Positions 49,392-61,546 of a stretch of 64,000 nt of DNA are shown piece by piece. This DNA is from Curvularia clavata (taxonomy: Eukaryota), in contig CP089275.1 in assembly GCA_023920165.1 (NCBI GenBank), positions 5,208,001 through 5,272,000 of the forward strand. The letters run 5' to 3'. The notes beneath the pieces were generated by a model. That model worked only from the letters and a program-made list of their open reading frames with translations, made no database searches and was not told the origin of the DNA. The position numbers and the translations under genes were made by a program. Position 1 is the first letter of the stretch; every line of letters begins with the position of its first letter.

Positions 49392-50147
49392 ATGTCTGCG
49401 ATCACCAAAACTCTTATCAAACTCTCTGATATGTCCGCACCATTCCCTCCCGGGTTTCATACCATTCCGGGCTCAGCTACAGGTTCAGTCTCTACATCTC
49501 CCGGATTTACACCTCCGAGCCAAGGTTCTCAATTCCGAAATTACAATGAAGTCATGCAAGCACTAGCTACACGTCCCATGTTCTACGACTACCATCCACC
49601 CGATGAAGATTGTACGGTCCCTAGAAGCCAGCTGGCTAGGGACGGCTACATCCGCCAGCTCTACGATTCCTTCATTGATACAAATTCATGTATCGACTGC
49701 GAAAACACTGCCGCTTTCGTCAACCGTTGGCAGGGCATCGCAACCCATACCTCACAATATACACCTCAAGACATCGAAGTATGTTGTCACAAACTCCTCG
49801 AAATCGCCATCGATCTACACACGGGAGGCCCGAGAAGTCTTATGATTTTCGACGATGGGAAACTTGAGCAGGTGTATAAGCATCGAAAGATGACGTTCGC
49901 GCAGAGAATCAATAGCGTGTGTGAGTTATTGAGACTGAGCAAAGCTAGATGCCAGGCACTGATGAGATTTGATGGATTGGAGATGGCGGTCGCGACAGCG
50001 CCACTGATGGCGAAGCAGGCGAGGATGAACTCTACACTAAATCAGAAGAGGCAGCGAGCCATTTCGCAAGCCAGGGCTTTAAGAGACGGAGAAGAGGCTG
50101 AGGGATACAACGATGAGAGTGAGGTAGAGTGGAGAGTTGAGGATTAG
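49392..50147 (+). CDS. Hypothetical protein, paralogue of 50832-51998 (5' end uncertain)
   Basis: Shares D.T.PR..YIRQL, F..RW, LHT.GP, RIN...ELL..SK..C with the next gene. Confidence 0.7.
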   Translation: MSAITKTLIKLSDMSAPFPPGFHTIPGSATGSVSTSPGFTPPSQGSQFRNYNEVMQALATRPMFYDYHPPDEDCTVPRSQLARDGYIRQLYDSFIDTNSCIDCENTAAFVNRWQGIATHTSQYTPQDIEVCCHKLLEIAIDLHTGGPRSLMIFDDGKLEQVYKHRKMTFAQRINSVCELLRLSKARCQALMRFDGLEMAVATAPLMAKQARMNSTLNQKRQRAISQARALRDGEEAEGYNDESEVEWRVED

Positions 50148-50831
50148 CAAAGTCGCGTTTGGTTCGCACGTATGCATATGTTTTTTATAACGAGTCCAGT
50201 TTTTTGGGAAGAATAGAGCTACGTTACAGCAATTGCATCACGTACATTTGTTATGAATATTGCTGTGTAAACAGAGGGCTTGATCAGACTGCCCTCCTGG
50301 CTAGATGTCTTCGCTTCAACCTTATGCCTTTCAAAGTTTAAGTCGAGAAATCGCAGTATTTAGCGGTAATTGCTTCTTGGTTTCTTATTCTGGTTGTTTT
50401 TCTGGAAGTTCAAGTACTAGCAAGATACCTTGTCGCATGATAGTCTGAACCGGATTTCTTTGTTCAAGGTTTCGCCGACTAGAGAACTATGTTTTCTTAA
50501 CCAACATGGTCGCAAGCCTAGTGCTCCTTATAGCTGTAAGAGGCACTGCGCTATTTTACTCCTTGACTCCATTTCTTTCCCAAGTATTCCGGAAGTCTCA
50601 AGGAAAATGATGCACTCAACCAGATTCACCATATGTTTGCTGCAGCGATCGCATGTTTCTGAAGTGAGACATGATGTCTCACTCACTGCCTTTATTCACT
50701 GCCTATCTCCATTGTATCCTAACTTTCCTATCTGTATCACGAGGTTCGCGCATTCTGAATGGTACAGGTTTTATCTAACAACTCAACCCAGATAGTTACG
50801 CTTACGACTCAACTAGCAGAACCTGCACACC

Positions 50832-51998
50832 ATGTTCCACTCTAGATTCGGGGACTTGTACGAAGTGCAGATGTCTGCGCCGAACGACGAGGAGCCATGT
50901 ATATACAACGATCGGAATCCGTTTCAGTCTCAGCTTGAGACTCCGCAGTGGGGTTTTGTAGGATCTGAGGAGTGGGGCTGCAATTCTTTATCTACATTCT
51001 CTGGATATGGTCAACCGTTTGAGATGGGAGCACATGGCAGCGATACGTATCATACACAGTACCAAGCGTTGGAACCGCGCTATGTTTGGGAGGATTCCTT
51101 CGGCCACAGACAAGAAAAGGAGGTGGATGAATGGATGGATGTGGTATCGCCCAAAGACTGGTGGAATTATGTTGATGTCGACAGTGTTGGTATGTATGGA
51201 AGTGATAGCCAGGGCGAGAGTGACACCGCTGCAAGCCGATCCACACACCATGTGTATGAGGGTTCGCAATCACAGCTCCAAGAAGACATGTTAGCAGTAC
51301 CGATAACTCTCTTCCAGCGACACATCGATTACACGCCTGGATCTGCGACAGCAAATGAAGACTTGGGTAAGCAATCTGAAAATACCAGGGCATCAGAACG
51401 GGCTAGTATACCCCGGTACACATCGTTCAGGGAAGCCAAGGACGCCATCTCACCCAAATACTGGCGTTGTCCTGCTGACGACCCTACTATCCCAAGGACA
51501 GATGCCGACCGTCAGCGCTACATCCGGCAACTCCTTTCTGCAATCAACAACGTCGAAGACACCATTGGTGTCCACGGCCATAGCTTCAAGAAGCGATGGT
51601 ACGATCCCAGTAAGGGACATTCAAGATACTACACGCCACTTGTAAAAGAAGCGCTGTGCTGGCTTATTCTCTTCCAGGCCGAGAGCTTACACACCGATGG
51701 TCCCAGCGAAACCTTCACCTCCTTTGACCCCAACTTTTGGACGGCTGCGAAGCGGACGTGCCGATGGAGCTTTTCGAATCGCATAAATATGATTGCCGAG
51801 TTGCTCGCGACGTCAAAGAGCAAGTGTGATGCGTTGCTTGGAGGTGGTAGTTTGCAGCTTGTAGTGGCGAACCCAGGGCAGAGGCTGCGTGCAACAAAGG
51901 CAGATGTGAAGCAGAATGAGAAGAGAAAAGAGCTTTTGGAAACGGTCAATGGCAAGGAGAGACTGAACAAGAAGGCTAGGGTTGAAGAAAGAGAGTGA
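50832..51998 (+). CDS. Hypothetical protein, paralogue of 49392-50147 (5' end uncertain)
   Basis: Same ~180-aa domain in its C-terminal half; basic tail RLNKKAR. Confidence 0.7.
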   Translation: MFHSRFGDLYEVQMSAPNDEEPCIYNDRNPFQSQLETPQWGFVGSEEWGCNSLSTFSGYGQPFEMGAHGSDTYHTQYQALEPRYVWEDSFGHRQEKEVDEWMDVVSPKDWWNYVDVDSVGMYGSDSQGESDTAASRSTHHVYEGSQSQLQEDMLAVPITLFQRHIDYTPGSATANEDLGKQSENTRASERASIPRYTSFREAKDAISPKYWRCPADDPTIPRTDADRQRYIRQLLSAINNVEDTIGVHGHSFKKRWYDPSKGHSRYYTPLVKEALCWLILFQAESLHTDGPSETFTSFDPNFWTAAKRTCRWSFSNRINMIAELLATSKSKCDALLGGGSLQLVVANPGQRLRATKADVKQNEKRKELLETVNGKERLNKKARVEERE

Positions 51999-54271
51999 TA
52001 CAGTGATCGTATGTTTCGTTGTACTTGGGGGCAGCCGGTGAATGGTCAGAGTTAGTCAAAGATGATTCCTAGATGGCGAGACATTATTATCCATAAAGCG
52101 TGAATTTCTCCAAACATTCCACATTTTGGACCATGCAAATTTGACAATCGTATGCTTATTCCTCTTCGGCCGTGTCTTCCGAGCTTCTCCTTGAACAAGA
52201 TGTGCCAAGGCCGGAGTCGGATGAACTTCCCTGTCTTAACGGACATCGGGTCATGCTGACGTTCTCTAATAATTGATCATGGACATTACTGACCATGGCA
52301 GAGCACTGTACTCCGGGTATTGCTAGAGCTTAATTCGATCAAACTACGGCGCGACCTCTATAGCTGACTGAACAGATATCGCCCAGAAGAAGTGATATCG
52401 GAACGCTTTCGGATAGTATCTGTCGGGTCGCAGCCGCATAGCCGTGCAGAATCGCGGCCGCGGTCAAGAGTGGTCGCCACGGTTTACAAGACAGGAGAAT
52501 ATGCAGGGCAAAGAATTATCGGGTACTTTCGCAGACCATGTGATTGGTTACGGTTTCAAAATGCATACGCGGAGTGCTCGCCGCCTCCGTGTACCCACTA
52601 CGCCTAGAGTCTTGGAACTATAGGTTAGTTTGTTATCAGCCAAAGCTAGGATTAGGTTTCGACCATGGCAAACGTGCCAATAGATTCATCTCTTTCTAGT
52701 AAACATGTGTTTACCACTGTTCCGGTGAAGCCCTAGGGTCGGGATTGCTGGTATTCCTGGTTGACATTGTTTCCAACTGCCGGGCAATCCTGTTTGTACA
52801 CAGGATGTTTTGCCCCCAGGAATCTGTATGAACGTTGAAACGCGATCTCACCACGTGCAATTCAGACCCACTGGGGTTTGCTTCCAGTCATTTCCATAGC
52901 AAGGCACTCAATGCCGGGATCGGATAACCGTTCAAAGAGGACACTCAGCAGACCAAGATGAGAAGTCTTAGAACGGCCCCACGAGTAAGAGTACTGGGAT
53001 CGGCGTTTGACTTTGGGCTTGTGATGGCGCAAAGGATTCTGCATGACGGTGGGCGCCTTACCTCGTCCAAACATTATCGCCGCTGCCGTCATGTATCAGC
53101 GACGCGATTCCTTTTCTGTCTCTCAGCGCGCACAAATTATCCCTGGCGTTTTTGCGCACAAGGGACAGCCGCATCAGACCATAACCCGCTCACCTTTACA
53201 GCCAAGAGTCTTTGCTTCCCCACCCCGTGCGCACCGAAACGTGGAGACTCCAATGTCCGCAAACCGCTCCGCTGGACTCTCAGCCAGGTAGTTCAGATTG
53301 CCTGCCAGACAGAAAATCCCCAGCTCCCAGGATCTGGCTAGGCCCATACACACTGCCGATATCAAGGACGCGTGGTGACATAGAGGTTGCACAGTCCCTA
53401 GTCGGGCAAATCCCCGAGCGAACGATGGCCGTCGAAAGAAGCCCACTCAAGAATGCTCGGCTGACGACGATGCATCTTGGCTGTCGCATGCGCCGCTCCC
53501 CATCTTGGCCTTGACGGAGGTGGTGAAAGCGTCGGCGCGCTCGCGGCGGCACGGCTTGACTGCGGGGTTGCTTGCCAAGTTTTGTGGCTGCCACCGGCTG
53601 CTTCACTGGCCTGAAAGCTTCTTTGGAAGAAGGTGTCCCACCAAGCTTCCGCGGCGCCTATAGAGCTTGGTTAGACATAAGCAACTATGCTGTCGGCATA
53701 ACCGTGTGTTGTGGTGCAGTGCTCCAAAGCGGTCGTGCTTACCGCTGTCGCACAAAGTTACCAGCGTGTGGGAAACGCAGGAAAAAGGACCCCATGGGGA
53801 AAAAAGACAACGGCGTCTGCTCTGGAAAGGATCAACACACCCACCCGCCCACTTCTTTTTCTCCGCGCTTTGGAAGGTTTTCGCGTGTCCGATTTGATCC
53901 CGGGTCTTTTTCTGAGTCCTCACTCGCGCTCTCCTTCACTAGTTCGGCCCACAGCGATGCTTAGCGTGATATGGCGTCCTTGGCAGCCTCGACGCGGTTA
54001 CATTCACTGTGCATCTCCCAACAACCATTGCAGCGCCCATCTTGGCATATCTTGGCCTGTATCAAGAGCCAGCGGCTGACCGACCAGGGCCTTGATAGCA
54101 CCGTTTACGAGGCAAACGACCCTGTCGGAGGAAACAAAACGTATATATATTCCAGTTCCCCATGCCCGATGATGAGTCCAGCATCTCGATCGGACTTGTG
54201 CCTCGTTCCACAAGGCAATCGTCTTCTCCTCTTCATTGCCTTCAAGCCTATTTTCAAGTCTCACAGGCACC

Positions 54272-55924
54272 ATGGCCAGCACCAATCGCCCTGCTGACCC
54301 ATTGGCTAAGGGAATTATCCCAACCGCCAAGCAAAGTCTGAAGGACCTCTTTACCTGGGACCAGCGTGTGGTTGTTCGTAATGAATATGGAGAGGAGCAC
54401 TGTGAGTGGCAGAAGCCAGAGCCGCTCAAGAATCCCATCAGCCTTTTCGCCCAGCTTGGCGTGAAGGACTGGCTGTACTTTCTGGTTGGATTCTTCGCCT
54501 GGACAGCTGATGCTTTCGACTTCCACGCCCTGTCTATCCAGACCACCAAGCTTGCCAAATACTACGACACGACCAACACTGCCATTACCACTGCCATTAC
54601 ACTGACGTTGCTCCTCCGCTCTGTCGGTGCTGCCATGTTCGGTGTAGCTGGAGACAAGTTTGGTCGAAAATGGCCCATGGTTCTCAACATGATTATTCTT
54701 GGTCTACTTCAAGTCGCTACCATCTACGCCGGTACTTTCCAGCAGTTTTTGGCCGTCCGTAGTTTGTTCGGACTCTTCATGGGAGGTGTCTACGGAAACG
54801 CAATTTCCATGGCCCTTGAGAATTGCCCGTAAGTTCAGAAAACACCACCTGCACATATTTCATCACTAACTTTCTCAGGACAAATGCCCGTGGTCTCATG
54901 AGCGGTATCTTGCAACAAGGTTACTCGTTCGGTTATGTTCTTGCGGCCTGTGCCAACTTGGGTGTCGGTGGCGCAACGAACACCTGGAAGACTGTTTTCT
55001 GGGTTGGAGCTGGCTTTTCTATTGCTGTTGGCCTGATCCGTGTACTCTTCCCTGAGTCGAAGCAGTTCCTTGAAGCGAAGCGATCTGGAACCAAGAAGGC
55101 GTCAGGTGCTTTCTGGGCAGAGACCAAGCTCATGCTTCGCCAAGAGTGGAAGATGTGCGTTTACTGCATCATCCTTATGACTTGGGTATGTTTGGCTTCT
55201 GATCTCAAAGTGCGCGGAATATTTACTAACGTCCACACAGTTCAACTATTACTCTCACACTAGCCAGGACAGCTACACTACTTTCATGAAGGAGCAGAAG
55301 CATCTTAGCCCCGCTGGCGCTACTCGTGCTTCCATTCTCATGAAGACTGGTGCTTGCGTCGGAGGTACCATCCTTGGATACACTTCCCAATGGTTCGGTC
55401 GTCGCCGAATGATCGTCTGCGCTGCCTTGATCTCCGCATGCCTCATTCCAGCTTGGATCCTTCCCACCACTGAAAGGGGTCTCTCAGCATCTGGCTTCAT
55501 GATCCAGTTCTTCGTGCAGGGTGCTTGGGGTGTCATTCCCATCCACCTAAGCGAGCTTTCGCCACCTGCATTCCGTTCTTCCTTTGTCGGTATCACCTAC
55601 CAACTTGGAAACATGATCTCCTCGCCTTCTGCTCAGATCGTCAATGCTGTTGCTGAAGCTACACTCATCAAGACCGCCAAGGGCGAGCTCTCTCCCGCCT
55701 ATGGACCCGTCATGGGTGTTGCTACTGCCATCATCGCCCTCGGTATCGCAGTCACTACCGCTCTTGGACCTGAGAAGAAGGGCCGTCACTTCGAGGAGGC
55801 TGGCCCTATCGGTGCAAACCTGGAGCCTGCAAAGGATATCGAGACTGGTAGCATGCACAGCGAGAAGAATGGTGCCAAGGCCGTGGAGGTGGTTGAGAAC
55901 TCCGAGAAGACTGAGAAGGTGTAA
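54272..55924 (+). CDS. JEN1: MFS carboxylate:H+ symporter, JEN1-like
   Basis: WTADAFDF, LLLRSVGA, DKFGRK, RGLMSGILQQGY, family signature NYYSHTSQD, QGAWGVIPIHLSEL; two introns. Confidence 0.88.
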
Positions 55925-57039
55925 AAATGGTCCGTATATAATGAGTTAACGACTGTTTGGTACATGATAGGTCACTGCGACCAATGAGATGATACATATG
56001 AAGCAATGCTATGACTTGATGATCCCACTGCCTTCCTTCCCACGCACTCCGTAACCGTTCATGACTGGCCTAGATACACCTCCCCCATTTTCCTTGCATA
56101 AAAATATCTGCTTGTGCAACTGTCATCTGCCAAGAGTCAGCTTCGTTCCATTTCCCCATCTTATCCTTGGAAATGTCTTTGCTCCCACTGTACCCCCACT
56201 ATTTTGCGCCATGGGCTGGTCCAGAGCCGCATTCCATCCACATCTGCAACGTGGTCGATACCAAGATCGCCAAGATGTGCGCTACCTTCTTTGTGGCTAC
56301 TTCTTTTAGAAGAAAAAGAAAAACTGTTTCATCGTAGCCGGGGAGGTTGGGGTAGCGTGCTGATAAGAGTGGGGGTATTACCGGAGCTGCATTAGGTATG
56401 CCGGAGATGTATCACGTGGCGGAACTACATAGACCTGCCTTTTGTAGTATGAGATGCGTACATAGTGTACATGTTTTACGCCTTGAGGGCTTAATTGAAC
56501 ACCTCTTCCCCTCTTTGATACCGATTTCAAAGTAAGTCGGAGTTCGCTGGAGGTTATCACGTGATGACGGATTGGATGGGGGCCAAAACAGTCCGCGTAT
56601 CACCTTGTCTTTCCTCATTACCATGCCACACATATGCATTTCACCGATGTATTAGTTACACACCAGCTTTGCGGCGTGAAGAAAAGCTCGAAGGGACTTT
56701 GCTTTCATTTGTAAATGTACCATCGTCTGTCGTATAATTCGTCTGTTTAACGATGTGCTCATTCACCTTTTGATGAACCAAGATGTAGACCAAAATGGAG
56801 AGCGCGCCCACAAGAGGAGGGCGACACTTCTTAGCACCCTGCATTTCGTAGGATCAGTCACCTGCAGAAGGCGAAACGCTACCCCTGAGAAGCGCAGAAG
56901 AACTGAGCCTTGTCGACATACGACCTTCACCACCTGCACTTGCTCTTTGGGATCTCTTTGGATACGCGTCAATTTGACGTATGTATTCTTTTTCGACGAT
57001 TACTATCTCCTCACTCACTCACGTGTACCTTTATTGAGC

Positions 57040-60000
57040 ATGGAAGGCGCAGGCCTCGCCATCGGTGTACTTGCGCTTGCCAGTATCTTCAATGATTGCA
57101 AGGACCTTCTAGCATGTTTCCTCGCAGCAAAGTCGATGGGCGATGACTATGATGACTTGGTATTAATGTTCGACTACCAAAGAATGTTTCTAGAGGATTG
57201 GGCTAAGAGAGTGTGCCTTTTCGACCAACAAAACTATGACAAACGCCTTGAAGACCCTCGCGTTGGCGTTCCTGTCGCCCGAAGTCTTCGTCGTATTCAC
57301 AAGCTGCTACAAGATGGCGCGGAGCTCCAGAAACGATATGGTCTCAAACCAGCCAAAGATCGATCCACGTCCCGCTTCCGTGAAATATCGCGAAAGCTTC
57401 GGTCTGTCCACGGTGTACAACAACTTCAACTAGACCAGCACGTGAGATACAGGCAACCGACGACCCAGAATAACAAGAACGGCAATTCTGTTGTTCAGAA
57501 AATCACATGGATAATCAAAGACAAGGAGCGGTTCGAAGCACTTCTGAAGAGCCTGACAGCCCTGATCAAATGTATTAACGACGCTATACCTGATTTAAAT
57601 ATCGTTGCTGCCAACACCTTGTCGCAAAATGACGAAGAGCAACTACATTCTGTCAATGTGCTGAAAACCATCGAGACCCTCGACCCGGAGTGTATCAAAC
57701 GCGTTCTCGACAGGCTCTGGTTTCGCTTCATTGATGATAGGAAAAACAATATCGAAGATGCACACTCCGAAACGTTCGAGTGGGCAATTCGTGCTCCCGC
57801 GCCCAACACTAAGTGGGATGATTTACGCCAGTGGCTACGCTCGGGAAGCGACATATACTGGATCTCTGGTAAACCAGGTAGCGGAAAGTCCACGTTGATG
57901 AAACACCTTTTTGGTCATCCAGAGGTCGCAGAACTGCTGGGAGAATGGGCAGGAAATCAGAAACTGACCATGGCCTCTTTTTTTCTGTGGAACGTTGGAA
58001 CTTCCGAGCAGAATACACAACATGGTTTAGCGCGCGGCCTTTTGTACCATGTCCTCGAAAAAAACCAGTCCCTTGTTCCAGTTGTCCTTCCGGATATGTG
58101 GCGAGAGGCGAAAAACGGCAGTATGAATATTAAGCCTCCTTCAAGCGCCGAGCTTGATCAGGCTTTCCAGCAATTTGGCAAACAATCCACCGAGGGAGCC
58201 TTCGCTTTCTTCATCGATGGCATCGACGAGTTCAAAGGTGACCCCCGAGAGGGGATATCTTTCATACAGGAGCTTGCCGCTAGTGCACGCGTAAAAGTAC
58301 TGCTCTCAAGCAGAGAGATCGAGGCATGCGACAAAGCTTTCAGCATGAAACCTAAAATGCGATTACAAAATCTCACGGAAAAAGACATTGAACGATATGT
58401 CAATAGCACCATTCGACATCATCTCAGCCTCCCCAACACCAGTCGACTCAGCGAAAGAGATATCCGTGAATTGGTTATGCGCATACAAGAAAAGGCTAAA
58501 GGCGTCTTTCTTTGGGTTGTCCTTGCTTGTCGAACGCTACGAGACCGTTTTGATGTCTGTGATAAGGCGAGGGAACTTCAAGAAGCCATCAATGAGCTAC
58601 CACCGCAGCTCGAGGATCTGTTCCGTAGCATACTTGAGAGTGTACCGCGAGCCTATCAGCAGGACGCTGCCAAACTTCTCCAAATTTGCTACTTCCACGC
58701 CTTAAAAGCGACCCACTACGAGCGATTTGTATCTGCTTTCTCATTAGCTTGGGCTTATGAAAAGGACATGTCGTTAGATAAGATGCAAGATTTCACTAGG
58801 TTTTCGTTTGATGAGAAAAAGCAAAAATGTATAACGTTCGAAACTCAAGTGCGCAGCCGATGTAGAGGCTTATTAGAAGTACACAATTCCTTGTCGGACG
58901 GTCATTGGTGGGTCGCCAAAGATCCACATGATCATTACAGGTTCATCGACTATACACCTCATGTCGAATTCATGCACAGAACAGTCTTCGAATTCCTTGG
59001 TAGCCCAGCTGCTCTAGAAATGGATTGTTTGAGAATCCGCGACAAAGAATTCGATCCGGTTGCCACCTTGGCATATATATACGCTTACAGAATGTACGAC
59101 AGCGACTGGCCTCTTATAACGGGCGATGAATGTGTGATAGATGAATTCACTCCTTTGCATTTGGTTTCTCGATACTCGCCGTCGAATCTGCCTCGGGTTC
59201 TTGATAGATTCGTCCTAGCACTCATGCAGCCACGGGACTTGTACACGCCAGGGACAGCAGCGCAGAACAATCCCTACTTGCCAGTTTGTCTTGCTGGCAC
59301 CTCCGATGACAAGCTAGAGTCATTCTTTGGCTATTCTACATACGAGCTATCGAGGGAACATGCTGCCTTACTATTAGCGGTAGAGCTCAATTTTCCCAGC
59401 TTTGTTGAAGATTTCGATATTGAAGAGTTTAATCAAGTACAGAAATCCCAACATCCGGTTGCAACTGAGAGGCGCAATCTGTTATTTCATGCCATTGAAC
59501 ATCCAATGTTAAATTCGATGGGCTACTATTACGAGTCCGGGTACTTTTCACCGGAGATGATAGAAATACTCCTTGATTCAGGATGCGATCCGAACCAAGT
59601 CATCGTGAGGCAAGAGTGCGAAAACGAAAAGTGGGATCAGATCACAACGCCATGGCATACTTGGCTTTCGTGGATAAGGCGCTATAGCTATACTTTCCGA
59701 AGACTTGACACCATTCCAGAGGTCTCTTTCATTACAGCGAAGATGTTGGAAGCCGGCGCAGATCTTTATCCCAAGATATCCACTTCCCACGGCGATTTAC
59801 GAGTCTACTTACTCGAAGAGATGATAGATTGGGTGAAGGCGGCTCAAGAGACAGAGTCAAAACAAATCTACCTTGATATAATGGTATCCTTTGTGATGAT
59901 TATCACGGCAATCACTTCAAGCATGAGGGAGAGTCCTATAATCATCGAGCATGATGGTCAAAACGGGCTTAAAGAACGCTGTCTTCAGGTTGTAGAATTC

Positions 60001-60141
60001 TACGAAAGGAATTTCGAATTAACTCGTCCAAATGTCCTTGAGAATCAAATATTCATGAAGAAAGACGACGAAAGCAGGGATGGAAAGGAAGAAGAAGAGA
60101 GGGCCGAGAATAGCGTAGAAGACGAGCAAAGATCATCCTAG
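57040..60141 (+). CDS. HeLo (prion-inhibition)-NACHT NLR-like protein
   Basis: N-terminal MEGAGLAIGVLALASIFNDC..WAKRVCL..LQKRYG..KITWIIKDKERF; Walker A GKPGSGKST; Walker B FFIDGIDE; KGVFLWV; SRCRGLLEV; FMHRTV; intronless. Confidence 0.88.
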   Translation: MEGAGLAIGVLALASIFNDCKDLLACFLAAKSMGDDYDDLVLMFDYQRMFLEDWAKRVCLFDQQNYDKRLEDPRVGVPVARSLRRIHKLLQDGAELQKRYGLKPAKDRSTSRFREISRKLRSVHGVQQLQLDQHVRYRQPTTQNNKNGNSVVQKITWIIKDKERFEALLKSLTALIKCINDAIPDLNIVAANTLSQNDEEQLHSVNVLKTIETLDPECIKRVLDRLWFRFIDDRKNNIEDAHSETFEWAIRAPAPNTKWDDLRQWLRSGSDIYWISGKPGSGKSTLMKHLFGHPEVAELLGEWAGNQKLTMASFFLWNVGTSEQNTQHGLARGLLYHVLEKNQSLVPVVLPDMWREAKNGSMNIKPPSSAELDQAFQQFGKQSTEGAFAFFIDGIDEFKGDPREGISFIQELAASARVKVLLSSREIEACDKAFSMKPKMRLQNLTEKDIERYVNSTIRHHLSLPNTSRLSERDIRELVMRIQEKAKGVFLWVVLACRTLRDRFDVCDKARELQEAINELPPQLEDLFRSILESVPRAYQQDAAKLLQICYFHALKATHYERFVSAFSLAWAYEKDMSLDKMQDFTRFSFDEKKQKCITFETQVRSRCRGLLEVHNSLSDGHWWVAKDPHDHYRFIDYTPHVEFMHRTVFEFLGSPAALEMDCLRIRDKEFDPVATLAYIYAYRMYDSDWPLITGDECVIDEFTPLHLVSRYSPSNLPRVLDRFVLALMQPRDLYTPGTAAQNNPYLPVCLAGTSDDKLESFFGYSTYELSREHAALLLAVELNFPSFVEDFDIEEFNQVQKSQHPVATERRNLLFHAIEHPMLNSMGYYYESGYFSPEMIEILLDSGCDPNQVIVRQECENEKWDQITTPWHTWLSWIRRYSYTFRRLDTIPEVSFITAKMLEAGADLYPKISTSHGDLRVYLLEEMIDWVKAAQETESKQIYLDIMVSFVMIITAITSSMRESPIIIEHDGQNGLKERCLQVVEFYERNFELTRPNVLENQIFMKKDDESRDGKEEEERAENSVEDEQRSS

Positions 60142-61546
60142 ATAGAAATGGTACCATTATGTGACAATGGCTCATGATACAATGCTTGTACTGTTCTTAT
60201 ATATCAGGCTCTACAGAGTACAATGATAACGATGTGAGCCTCAGTCTTTGCAGTAATTTGTGAGTCGAGTTTTGGCGGATTAATTGAGCCATTGAGCGAG
60301 CCACATCCTGTGAGCAATACCTAGTCAGCAGTCAATACTGCAAAGCGATCATGACCAAGTGGACGGAAGACATTAGACCATTTGATGCGAGGTGATATCC
60401 TTTCCATCGTAGTGCATTCCCATCATATAACAACCCATCCAAACACCCTTGTTGTGTCTCATCGTCTAGCGCTCTAGATACACTCAAATAACGCGACAGT
60501 ACCGCAATGAAACCATACCATCACTTCACACACTCACAATCTTTTATCTTGTTCTTCTGTGTCTCTAATTTACTCCATTCTACTATCTAAACAAGCAGTA
60601 TCCCCCATTGCCTCGCCCACACCTCTCACAAAACACCCAGCAGTATTTATCGAAGATAGCCAACGCAAACCCCCCAGCACCACCACCGAAATGCCTCAGT
60701 TAATTCTTATAAACAAGATATCCAACACATTGCCCGTTTCCCAAGTCTCCTGCGCCCCCAAGGCAAAAAATCAGCTATATCAAGCAACCTCTCCTATACG
60801 GAAAAAGCACAAAAAACGTTACAAGAGCCAAAACAGCCAAACACTAAAACCGCGACGAACTGCCCCTCTGCCACATGTTCCGACGGGATGGAAACTGCCA
60901 CGGAACAAAAGCGAGTGCTGTCATTTGGAAGGATTTCAAGAAGAAGGATGGTTGTTCATTCGTCAATTGCCTTGCTCACGACTCGATATGTGCATTCTCT
61001 CTATTTTAAAAGTTGAAGCAAACATACCGAGCACTAGATGATGAACGCAACTAAATGCCCAAGTGTTACCACACGAATATCATATCATATCCTCATCGCG
61101 CATGTAATACATTAATAATGAGCGGTAGGAAGAGAACACGGCAGAGCGAGATAACAACAAAGATACTATACAAACACCAACGTCGTATAGTACAACAAGT
61201 ACGAGTACAAAGTGGTACGTACAGTGTACACTTGTACACATTTGTCGGCATCAAACATCAAACGCAAAACATATCGCCATCCTAAAAATTCCCCATCTAT
61301 GCCCCAGGCCCCATGTACCTGTACCGTCTTGCGTCGTTCTCCTGGCCAAAAAAAGAGAGAAGAAAGAAAGAAAGCCGTGGTATATAAACGAGGCGAAACA
61401 TAGCCAAACAAGCTATTTAGCTATTGTTTGAAAAGGAAAAGAAAAAAAAGATCAAACATCAACAAGAGAACACGTTTCTTTCGCTTCGCATCGCTTCACG
61501 CTTCACTTTCGTAAACAACGCACAAGAAAAGAAAAAAAAAGAAGAT

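Noticed and set aside
52000..54270. Many overlapping short ORFs upstream of the JEN1-like gene
   Set aside because: GC-rich promoter-like DNA with no coherent protein motif or splice pattern; treated as a long regulatory region.
54272..55924. JEN1-like transporter as part of the catabolic cluster
   Set aside because: About 18 kb away, separated by unrelated genes, and no exact CGA(G/T)TCAT copy seen upstream.
56755..57039. 95-codon N-terminal extension of the HeLo-NACHT ORF in the ORF track
   Set aside because: Begins at a non-ATG codon; the HeLo-type N-terminus starts at ATG 57040.
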